Of a stretch of 64,000 nucleotides of DNA, positions 21,274-30,300 are shown one piece after another (position 1 is the first letter of the stretch; every line of letters begins with the position of its first letter). This DNA comes from a virus (lineage: Duplodnaviria > Caudoviricetes): positions 16,971 to 80,970 of the IMG/VR virus record IMGVR_UViG_2740892469_000001, one strand, 5' to 3'. The translations under genes were made by a program, and so were the position numbers. The notes below the pieces were generated by a model, which was not told where the DNA came from, ran no database searches, and saw only the letters and a list, made by a program, of their open reading frames with translations.

Positions 21274-23361
21274 TCACTCCCCTTTTATCTTTCTGTACTG
21301 TTCTTTGTACATCGCAATACTGGCGGCTTTTGCGTCCTGCTTTCTAGGGTTCCAGCATTCACAGCTTACATTGTTGTTAATCAGAATATACGAGCGCCAC
21401 ATGTCGCCCTCTTTCTTCAGTACGGGCTCTGGCGGTGTCTCTGGCAGGTTTTTGATTAACTCGATGTGCTGCCATGCCTTTTTGAATGCTTCCATCATAT
21501 TGGCCGCTTCGACATCGTTCACTTGTTTATGTTCATCACCAATAGTGACATCCACCAGCCAGGTACCATCGTCGTTTTTATGCGCCTTGAATTTTGGCTG
21601 AACAGGCTCGCTGCTTTGCTCGGTAGACTTCTCCATTTCCGGTTCCGGTCTGGCTTTTTCTGCAGGCTTATCCTCGGCTTTTGGCTTGGAATATTCTTCA
21701 GCTTTTCGTTCCATGATCGCGTCAAGAGAATGGTCAATTTTCAGCGCATCTTCTACCACCTCAAGATACTGCTTCACCATGGTGTAGTTGCGAGTTTTAC
21801 CACTATCATCCTTGCGAATATCAATCGGCTTAATGGTGCGCCAAGGGTCTTTTTCTAGCATCTCTATGACGGCCTTGTGCAGGCTAGAACGACTCTCTCT
21901 TGCCGCTATCCACTCATTCTCGCCCATTGCTTTCATGGCGCTGATGCGTCGCTCTGGTGAGTCGTCCACTATCGGTTCCCACTTCGCGCCAGCGTTATGG
22001 ATTTTGAATTGCATGTAGTGGTTTTGGGCATCGGTATCGTGGTGGCCAAGCAGCTCCTGGTAAAACATGTTTTCGTCTTTTTTCGCCCAGCGCTTGTCGT
22101 CTTTGAAGAATAACTCAAAGCAAGTTTTGGCATACATAGCGCGAGTATCTTTGAATACCCAATCGCGACGATGGCCCTCAAGCGTGATCGGGAATCGGTC
22201 AATCAGGTCACGCATGAACTTGTTAAGCGGTCCAGCGGTTCGGTTGCTGACTAACTCGTTTACGCTGTAATGTCGTTCCGCTTTTAAGCCGGCTAATGAA
22301 GCGATGTTTGCGAACGAGCGCAATCTCGATAGCGCCTTTAGGACCACATTGGCATCCGCCAGTGAGTAGATTTCCATTTCATCGCCAGTAACACCACCGC
22401 GCTTCTTCGCTTGGCCAGTGAATTTTAAGCGGTTGTTGTCTATCTTTTCGAACTCACCTTGGAACAGCACTTCAATCGAACGACGACCCGTGGCCATGGC
22501 AACACCAACGGCAAGCGCTTCCCATTGGTGGGCAGAAGAATCACTGAGCAGTAAGGACATGAGCTGCATTTGCTTGCTGTAGTCGATGTTGACCACGCCC
22601 TCTTTCTTAAAAATCAGGTTGGCCTTGCTCTCGGCTTGTTTGTTGTCGGTCGAGAACGAGTCTTTCGTTAGGTGGCGCATGACCTCATGGTCAATCTTGA
22701 GTTTATCCAACGCAGGATAAAACTCGCGAGTCTCATCAAAGATGGCTTGCAGGCGCTCAATGGCATCGGCTCGGTCCTCTTTCTTCAGCGTTTTCAAGGA
22801 CTCGATTTCATGCGACCAGGCAGGAAAATCTTTCGCCATTTTGTTCACTACCGTGGCGTAATTGCTGATGTCAGGAGATAGCTTTCTAAGTTGCTTTTCA
22901 ACTCGTACTACGTGAGTGATTTTTTCGCGTAGCTTGCTCCAGCGTTCGCGCGTTTCTTTCAATGGAAATCCGTCGATTTCATCCACTAAATAGCTGCAGT
23001 GAGGAAAGTTATTGCGCAGGGAAGAGATAGACTTATCAAAGCTATGATGCATCGCGCCAGTGGCCGAGACAGCGTTACGAACCTTGGTAAGCGCTTTTGA
23101 TGCACCATCCAGCGACAAAGAGTTACCGCTTTTTTGCTTGCGCTTACCATACAAAGCAGTGATCACTTTCTTAGCTGCGCGATTGTAAGCCATCGTTTTG
23201 GCACTTTGTGTGCGGTCGCTGGTTTGAATTTCGCCAAGCTCATCCAAAAGGTCGATAATAATCTTATCCAGATTCGTCTTTCGATTGCGCTTCTCAATGG
23301 CCTTGTTATCAATGTAACTCTTGGAACTTATAACTATCTCTTGCCTGCTCATCTTCATCAC
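21274..23361 (-). CDS. telN: Protelomerase (mirror copy)
   Basis: Mirror of 23670-25757. Confidence 0.95.
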   Translation of the reverse strand: MMKMSRQEIVISSKSYIDNKAIEKRNRKTNLDKIIIDLLDELGEIQTSDRTQSAKTMAYNRAAKKVITALYGKRKQKSGNSLSLDGASKALTKVRNAVSATGAMHHSFDKSISSLRNNFPHCSYLVDEIDGFPLKETRERWSKLREKITHVVRVEKQLRKLSPDISNYATVVNKMAKDFPAWSHEIESLKTLKKEDRADAIERLQAIFDETREFYPALDKLKIDHEVMRHLTKDSFSTDNKQAESKANLIFKKEGVVNIDYSKQMQLMSLLLSDSSAHQWEALAVGVAMATGRRSIEVLFQGEFEKIDNNRLKFTGQAKKRGGVTGDEMEIYSLADANVVLKALSRLRSFANIASLAGLKAERHYSVNELVSNRTAGPLNKFMRDLIDRFPITLEGHRRDWVFKDTRAMYAKTCFELFFKDDKRWAKKDENMFYQELLGHHDTDAQNHYMQFKIHNAGAKWEPIVDDSPERRISAMKAMGENEWIAARESRSSLHKAVIEMLEKDPWRTIKPIDIRKDDSGKTRNYTMVKQYLEVVEDALKIDHSLDAIMERKAEEYSKPKAEDKPAEKARPEPEMEKSTEQSSEPVQPKFKAHKNDDGTWLVDVTIGDEHKQVNDVEAANMMEAFKKAWQHIELIKNLPETPPEPVLKKEGDMWRSYILINNNVSCECWNPRKQDAKAASIAMYKEQYRKIKGE

Positions 23362-23495
23362 CTATCAATAGTAACAATGTTACTTAAATATAAATGTTAC
23401 ACAAAACATTGTCAAACGTTACAACAAAATAAATATCATTATAACGTTACACTTCGCTAAATGTGAGTGCGATATATTTATTTGACTGTAACGTT

Positions 23496-23535
23496 ACTCA
23501 CCACTAAGTATTTACGTAAATACTTAGTGGTGAGT
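23496..23535. other. Hairpin telomere apex (protelomerase target site, read through)
   Basis: Symmetry axis of the 47-kb palindrome, central TACGTA, about 150 bp upstream of the protelomerase gene. Confidence 0.88.
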
Positions 23536-23615
23536 AACGTTACAGTCAAATAAATATATCGCACTCACATTTAGCGAAGTGTAACGTTATAATGATATTT
23601 ATTTTGTTGTAACGT

Positions 23616-23644
23616 TTGACAATGTTTTGTGTAACATTTATATT
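23616..23644 (+). promoter_or_regulatory. Sigma70 promoter of telN, overlapped by GTAACRTT motifs
   Basis: TTGACA (23616-21), 17 bp, TATATT (23639-44). Confidence 0.7.
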
Positions 23645-23669
23645 TAAGTAACATTGTTACTATTGATAG

Positions 23670-25757
23670 GTGATGAAGATGAGCAGGCAAGAGATAGTTA
23701 TAAGTTCCAAGAGTTACATTGATAACAAGGCCATTGAGAAGCGCAATCGAAAGACGAATCTGGATAAGATTATTATCGACCTTTTGGATGAGCTTGGCGA
23801 AATTCAAACCAGCGACCGCACACAAAGTGCCAAAACGATGGCTTACAATCGCGCAGCTAAGAAAGTGATCACTGCTTTGTATGGTAAGCGCAAGCAAAAA
23901 AGCGGTAACTCTTTGTCGCTGGATGGTGCATCAAAAGCGCTTACCAAGGTTCGTAACGCTGTCTCGGCCACTGGCGCGATGCATCATAGCTTTGATAAGT
24001 CTATCTCTTCCCTGCGCAATAACTTTCCTCACTGCAGCTATTTAGTGGATGAAATCGACGGATTTCCATTGAAAGAAACGCGCGAACGCTGGAGCAAGCT
24101 ACGCGAAAAAATCACTCACGTAGTACGAGTTGAAAAGCAACTTAGAAAGCTATCTCCTGACATCAGCAATTACGCCACGGTAGTGAACAAAATGGCGAAA
24201 GATTTTCCTGCCTGGTCGCATGAAATCGAGTCCTTGAAAACGCTGAAGAAAGAGGACCGAGCCGATGCCATTGAGCGCCTGCAAGCCATCTTTGATGAGA
24301 CTCGCGAGTTTTATCCTGCGTTGGATAAACTCAAGATTGACCATGAGGTCATGCGCCACCTAACGAAAGACTCGTTCTCGACCGACAACAAACAAGCCGA
24401 GAGCAAGGCCAACCTGATTTTTAAGAAAGAGGGCGTGGTCAACATCGACTACAGCAAGCAAATGCAGCTCATGTCCTTACTGCTCAGTGATTCTTCTGCC
24501 CACCAATGGGAAGCGCTTGCCGTTGGTGTTGCCATGGCCACGGGTCGTCGTTCGATTGAAGTGCTGTTCCAAGGTGAGTTCGAAAAGATAGACAACAACC
24601 GCTTAAAATTCACTGGCCAAGCGAAGAAGCGCGGTGGTGTTACTGGCGATGAAATGGAAATCTACTCACTGGCGGATGCCAATGTGGTCCTAAAGGCGCT
24701 ATCGAGATTGCGCTCGTTCGCAAACATCGCTTCATTAGCCGGCTTAAAAGCGGAACGACATTACAGCGTAAACGAGTTAGTCAGCAACCGAACCGCTGGA
24801 CCGCTTAACAAGTTCATGCGTGACCTGATTGACCGATTCCCGATCACGCTTGAGGGCCATCGTCGCGATTGGGTATTCAAAGATACTCGCGCTATGTATG
24901 CCAAAACTTGCTTTGAGTTATTCTTCAAAGACGACAAGCGCTGGGCGAAAAAAGACGAAAACATGTTTTACCAGGAGCTGCTTGGCCACCACGATACCGA
25001 TGCCCAAAACCACTACATGCAATTCAAAATCCATAACGCTGGCGCGAAGTGGGAACCGATAGTGGACGACTCACCAGAGCGACGCATCAGCGCCATGAAA
25101 GCAATGGGCGAGAATGAGTGGATAGCGGCAAGAGAGAGTCGTTCTAGCCTGCACAAGGCCGTCATAGAGATGCTAGAAAAAGACCCTTGGCGCACCATTA
25201 AGCCGATTGATATTCGCAAGGATGATAGTGGTAAAACTCGCAACTACACCATGGTGAAGCAGTATCTTGAGGTGGTAGAAGATGCGCTGAAAATTGACCA
25301 TTCTCTTGACGCGATCATGGAACGAAAAGCTGAAGAATATTCCAAGCCAAAAGCCGAGGATAAGCCTGCAGAAAAAGCCAGACCGGAACCGGAAATGGAG
25401 AAGTCTACCGAGCAAAGCAGCGAGCCTGTTCAGCCAAAATTCAAGGCGCATAAAAACGACGATGGTACCTGGCTGGTGGATGTCACTATTGGTGATGAAC
25501 ATAAACAAGTGAACGATGTCGAAGCGGCCAATATGATGGAAGCATTCAAAAAGGCATGGCAGCACATCGAGTTAATCAAAAACCTGCCAGAGACACCGCC
25601 AGAGCCCGTACTGAAGAAAGAGGGCGACATGTGGCGCTCGTATATTCTGATTAACAACAATGTAAGCTGTGAATGCTGGAACCCTAGAAAGCAGGACGCA
25701 AAAGCCGCCAGTATTGCGATGTACAAAGAACAGTACAGAAAGATAAAAGGGGAGTGA
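23670..25757 (+). CDS. telN: Protelomerase (telomere resolvase); likely start ATG 23679
   Basis: Catalytic motifs ATGRRSIEV (R), FTGQAKKR (K), FKDTRAMY (KxxR), ELLGH...QNHY (H,Y); adjacent to the palindrome centre. Confidence 0.95.
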   Translation: MMKMSRQEIVISSKSYIDNKAIEKRNRKTNLDKIIIDLLDELGEIQTSDRTQSAKTMAYNRAAKKVITALYGKRKQKSGNSLSLDGASKALTKVRNAVSATGAMHHSFDKSISSLRNNFPHCSYLVDEIDGFPLKETRERWSKLREKITHVVRVEKQLRKLSPDISNYATVVNKMAKDFPAWSHEIESLKTLKKEDRADAIERLQAIFDETREFYPALDKLKIDHEVMRHLTKDSFSTDNKQAESKANLIFKKEGVVNIDYSKQMQLMSLLLSDSSAHQWEALAVGVAMATGRRSIEVLFQGEFEKIDNNRLKFTGQAKKRGGVTGDEMEIYSLADANVVLKALSRLRSFANIASLAGLKAERHYSVNELVSNRTAGPLNKFMRDLIDRFPITLEGHRRDWVFKDTRAMYAKTCFELFFKDDKRWAKKDENMFYQELLGHHDTDAQNHYMQFKIHNAGAKWEPIVDDSPERRISAMKAMGENEWIAARESRSSLHKAVIEMLEKDPWRTIKPIDIRKDDSGKTRNYTMVKQYLEVVEDALKIDHSLDAIMERKAEEYSKPKAEDKPAEKARPEPEMEKSTEQSSEPVQPKFKAHKNDDGTWLVDVTIGDEHKQVNDVEAANMMEAFKKAWQHIELIKNLPETPPEPVLKKEGDMWRSYILINNNVSCECWNPRKQDAKAASIAMYKEQYRKIKGE

Positions 25758-25758
25758 T

Positions 25759-26151
25759 ATGATCGAAGTTACATTACAGGAAGTACGACAAGCCATTGAA
25801 AACTTGGTTAATGAATCAACGTATTTCAATAACCTACGTTTCAAGTCAATGAATGAAGCCATAGAACTCCTTGCAAAAGAAAAATGTACTCGTATTAATG
25901 ATTTTGCAGAGCTAGATCAGGAAACTATAGAACAACAAGCAGCGGACTATGATGGATATCTTGATGGCGCAAAAGTCGGAGATATTGTCTGGGGTGACAA
26001 TGAAATGTGGGTGTCACAGGTGGTTATTGAAGGTTGGTTGGCTGAAAGTTCCGATAAACTAACAGGCTCAAATGAGGACATTGAAGATGTTGCAGACTTT
26101 GTATGCGATGACTTAATAGTTTCAACACTTAAAAAGCACAACGAAAAATAA
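25759..26151 (+). CDS. Hypothetical acidic protein, 130 aa
   Basis: RBS GGGGAG; directly follows telN; followed by a terminator. Confidence 0.75.
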   Translation: MIEVTLQEVRQAIENLVNESTYFNNLRFKSMNEAIELLAKEKCTRINDFAELDQETIEQQAADYDGYLDGAKVGDIVWGDNEMWVSQVVIEGWLAESSDKLTGSNEDIEDVADFVCDDLIVSTLKKHNEK

Positions 26152-26164
26152 ACAGACCTCTATG

Positions 26165-26191
26165 AAAAGCCGCCACTTAGGCGGCTTTTTT
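26165..26191. terminator. Intrinsic terminator (bidirectional form)
   Basis: AAAAGCCGCC-ACTTA-GGCGGCTTTTTT. Confidence 0.85.
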
Positions 26192-26286
26192 ATGTGCGTA
26201 TAATCACAAGTGTTCATACCCTCGCTTGCTATATTGTTGCATAATCCGCTTCCATTACTGGATTGGCAACATAATAAGGTTTGGCT

Positions 26287-26502
26287 ATGGCTCTATTAAA
26301 AATTGTTCTTGGTGTGTTTATGGTTGGTGTGGTTGGCGTGGCCAGCTTTCTTTGGGGTATGCCTGGGTTCGTCGGAACGGCATTACTGGCGGTCATTATC
26401 TCGTGGTCGATAAGCAAGCGAGAGAAAGAGGAACTGGAACAAAAACGCCACCAAGAGATGCTGGATGCAATCGCAGCGAATAAGGGTGAAGAAGCGAAAT
26501 AA
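26287..26502 (+). CDS. Small two-helix membrane protein (moron-like)
   Basis: RBS AAGGT; hydrophobic N-terminal ~40 aa and charged tail; bracketed by terminators. Confidence 0.7.
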   Translation: MALLKIVLGVFMVGVVGVASFLWGMPGFVGTALLAVIISWSISKREKEELEQKRHQEMLDAIAANKGEEAK

Positions 26503-26504
26503 AG

Positions 26505-26531
26505 AAAGGCTGGAATTATCCAGCCTTTTTT
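26505..26531. terminator. Bidirectional intrinsic terminator
   Basis: AAAGGCTGGA-ATTA-TCCAGCCTTTTTT between convergent genes. Confidence 0.85.
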
Positions 26532-26921
26532 CTATCTGCGCCCACGGATGCCATGAACGTTGTTGGTGTGGTAGTTGGTGCGTGGGGTTTCTTCTTCCCA
26601 ATGTATCGGCTTGTCGTCCTTGATAGCGATGAAATACTTACCCTGCATGAAAAAGCCAAGCACCACATGATTTAGTGGGATGGCGTATTCCTCTGTCATG
26701 CCATCGTCGTCCCAAAAGAACGAGATGATGTTTACCAACTTAACCTTTTGCATTTTTCCCTTAAACGCATGATCGCATACACCACCGTAAGGTTCGTAGG
26801 CCAGCTCGCCGTTCTTGCGCTTGGCTGGGATGGTGTTGCCCGTAACGTGCTCGCCAGCCAATGCTTTGTGCTCGTTGATAAGAATGCTGCCGTAATGGTA
26901 TCGGTGTCGAATACAAGTCAT
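26532..26921 (-). CDS. Hypothetical protein, 129 aa, possibly a divergent SRAP-like fold
   Basis: RBS AGGAG; N-terminal MTC; last gene of the repA operon; fold call is weak. Confidence 0.7.
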   Translation of the reverse strand: MTCIRHRYHYGSILINEHKALAGEHVTGNTIPAKRKNGELAYEPYGGVCDHAFKGKMQKVKLVNIISFFWDDDGMTEEYAIPLNHVVLGFFMQGKYFIAIKDDKPIHWEEETPRTNYHTNNVHGIRGRR

Positions 26922-26942
26922 AACTTGCTCCTATCAATCGCT

Positions 26943-27305
26943 TTATTTGGCCTTGATGGCACTCATAATCGCGCCCCAATCTTTGCTGGTTCTATAGCAG
27001 TCATCAGCGGTAAAAGAGCCGTTTTCCTTTGGATAAAAAAGGTCCCGAACTTCTTTGTTCACTTCTTTTATGTTCGCTAAGCCATTCAATAGAACGATTA
27101 ACGGATAACAAACTGTCAGCAATACCTTTGCTGGCCAAGACGCGAGGCGAAGCATCACAAAGTGGCCTGTTTCCTCATTAAGCAGATATTCGTACTTACA
27201 ATTCCACTTGATTTGGCGGTACACAAACAAAGCATTGTGATCCTTTTTGCTGATGTGGACCTTTTTATACCCATTTTCTTCCGTGTATCTGAATGTGTAA
27301 GCCAT
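26943..27305 (-). CDS. Hypothetical protein, 120 aa
   Basis: ATG overlaps the repA stop (TAATG); RBS GGAG. Confidence 0.7.
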   Translation of the reverse strand: MAYTFRYTEENGYKKVHISKKDHNALFVYRQIKWNCKYEYLLNEETGHFVMLRLASWPAKVLLTVCYPLIVLLNGLANIKEVNKEVRDLFYPKENGSFTADDCYRTSKDWGAIMSAIKAK

Positions 27306-30300
27306 TATAAACACTCCAATATTGCTTGTTTAACCGAGCCTGCCCAAGCCTCTGCGTCGCCTATAAAGCTATCTAGACCATAACTCAGCATCGTCATAGC
27401 TACATCGAACGGACGAAGCTTGTGCTGTTGGACCGCGATATTCGCAACCTCAATCACCAAGCTGCGCTGATCTTTGCTGAGTGCGTGGGTGGCTGTTTCT
27501 GGGAACTCGATAGAAGGACATTCCCCCCTCCCCTCTATATGCGCTGGACGCCCGTCGTTACTAGTATCTTGGGCATAATTTTGTGATCCACCCTGCGCAG
27601 TATTGTTATTAATAAACAGTGGCGAAGGTGGATCATATTTTGGCGTAATCTGATCGTCGATTTCCTGTATGAATGGAGCGAACGCCGCCGCCATTTCGTC
27701 GCGTAGGTCCGTTAGGCCCGTTAGGCGACATTGCTCATCCAGTTTGTCGAAACGCACCTTGTAACCTGGTTTGAATGCCGTCTCGCTTAGGTCATTGATA
27801 AACGCTGCTACTTGGCGTTGGATGGTATCCACATCAAGCGATTCAGAATCTTGCAAGCTCTCTTCAATACCTTGAGTACGTAGTGCTACTAGCGTTTTCA
27901 CCGCTTCCCATTCTGGCAAGTGAACAAAGTACGCATTCACGGCCTTGCGGTTGTTGATGCGCTTTTTGCGTGATTCAATAGGCACACCAAACGAGCGCAG
28001 GTGGTTGTTAAACCATTGCACTGGCTCTTGTAGCGTCTTTTCCGATACGGTGATACCTGAGTACTTGTAGAGGCGGTCTTGCGTGGATTTCTTGCGCAAC
28101 CAATCGTAAAGATGAGGTCGCAAATCGTCTGCGGTCCACTCTTTGCCGTTGTAGTTCAACTGCTCATCAATGCCAGCCACTTGCAGCAGCTTCACCAAGT
28201 GACCACGTTTAATGGAAAGGTGACGCCAGCTCACTCGGCTCTCGGCGTGATTCACGTCTTTTCTGTCTAGCGCGTGGGCCGTGTCTTTGCATACGTTCAC
28301 CCATCCTAGCTTTTTAATCGCATCCACAAAGCGAGATTTATTCTGCTTGTAGGTAAGCGCAGTGATGATTGCGTTACGCTTTGACTCAGGAAGCGTTAGC
28401 GCGTTGTCGATGTCGTTATGCTTCGCGTTCGCGCCATCTTTCGCGAACTCCTCGTACACCTCTTTGGCGAACGGCAGCAAGCAATCCAATTGCTCATCGT
28501 TGGCCGCATCCAAATGTAGGTCGTAATTCACTTTTGATTTGGTGATCTCGGTTGGTGTGTAATCTTCACCGTTGCGCATTACCGTAGTGAACATGTCACC
28601 AACATGCACTGGCGCTTGCTCAATATCGCGTAGCGTCACACGGTTGTTACGTTCTTTCGCTTCTTCGCGGACGGTTGCACCAAAATCCGCTGCCAGTTTT
28701 TGCTTGGCCACTTCAATGATTTCATAGCCACCCTTTGAAGCCAGCTCCAAAAAGCGAGCGCGGTAGCGGTTAGAAGATAGGTTCTGCTTCGCCTTAACTT
28801 GGCAGAATAGCCATTCATAAACAGGGTTGCGCGAGGTGTAGTTGCCCGTGGTTGGGTCAATATCTAGCACCTTCATCGTCTCGGCAGATACTTGCTCGAT
28901 CAACTTGTCTTGAATGTAAGTTGGGTCGGTTGGTTCGCTGCGCTCTGCGTTATCTAGGTAAACGTGAAACTCTTTCACATCACGCGCTCGGTTTAGACCT
29001 TGGTGGCCTTCCTCTGCCGTACCTACGCGAGAAGACAAAAAGCCGATCGTCTTATCGAACTGGTGAGCGCTCGACTTAATATCAAATCCGGTACCGAGTG
29101 TTGGCGATGCAATCAGCACATCAAGGTTAGGTACGATAGCGTTGATGTCTTCTAGCGCTGTTTTCACTTCCTCAGTACCAGTGACATCCGCATGTACGAC
29201 CAAAACTGCGCCATCGTAGTGTTTGCGCTCTCTTTCTTGCTCGATGGCAGTACCAATCGCTTTTACTTGCTCTTTCGAGTTGGCGTAGATGTAGCGCTTA
29301 CCCTTAGCCATGATTTGCTGCATGACTTCTTCTAGCAAGTGATCTTTCGATTCGTAGACGTACATCTTTTTGCCCTTGGCCACTTGGAATGTATTTTGGA
29401 AATACACGCCAGTGTGCATGCCAATGAAGTGGCAAAAATCGAACGTTAAGTTACCCAAGTGTGCATCCGCTAGGATTTGGGTTTCGCTGTTCTTAAGAAC
29501 AAATTGCAGGTAGTTAAGGCAGTGTTCGCCGTGTTGGATAGTCTTTGCGTAGTATTGGCTTAGGTTCTGCTCGAACTCATCAACAAACACCACATCCCAA
29601 TTTGAACCAGCTAGGCGCCATAGTGAATCTACTGAACAGACCAGAACGTGCGCATTGCGTAGCGCGATGTTTGCATCGGTTCCTGGTACAGGGTCTTTAA
29701 TGATGAGGTCTTGATAAAATTCAACCGAGACTTTCTCTTTCGCCAGACCTTCTTTTAGTGATTTCGCCAACGCAACACGGTGAGAAATAACTAAGGTCTT
29801 TTTGTCAGGGTTTTGTTTGATGTAGTTTTGAACCACTGTTGACTTACCCGTACCCATATCAGATTCGATCAGGTTCAAGCCTTCGCGAATAGATGCGGTT
29901 AGGTAGCGAGTGTTTGATTCAACTTTTTCGAAGCCACGAATGTTTAGCAGCTGCTCTTGAACGGCTTGCCATCCAAGGTTGATAAACGTATCGCTCCAGT
30001 CAAAGCCATCTGTTTGCGGTAGTGTCCAAAAACAGTTGTTGCTTTGAACGACATCCCGGCCTGCTTTATCGTTATCTGGTGCTGCAATAAACTGAATGTC
30101 TGGATGCTTTTCTCTTAGCAGCTCAATGATGAAAGGAATGTTACCTTCACCGATTGGCGTAACGATTACCTCACCCGTTGATACGTGCGCAGAGTAGGCA
30201 TCGGCAAAACCACCGACCACAAAAACACGTTTGGGTCCATGGTCCCGAAGCTCACCAAAGGTGCAAAAACCAAGGTCCGTACGAGCGTTATCGCTTGATA

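Noticed and set aside
1-23515. Two independent prophages or a transposon-driven inverted duplication
   Set aside because: The arms appear identical, there is no spacer or IS at the axis, and the axis sits beside a protelomerase; hairpin read-through or a dimer explains it.
23530-23545. LexA box near the telomere (GTGAGTAACGTTACAG)
   Set aside because: It lacks the left CTG half-site and is better explained as a GTAACGTT box. No convincing SOS box was seen by eye elsewhere.
23670-25757. Integrase with an att site
   Set aside because: The tyrosine-recombinase-like residues occur in the protelomerase arrangement (GRR..E, F.GQ.K.R, LGH...HY); no host junction is present.
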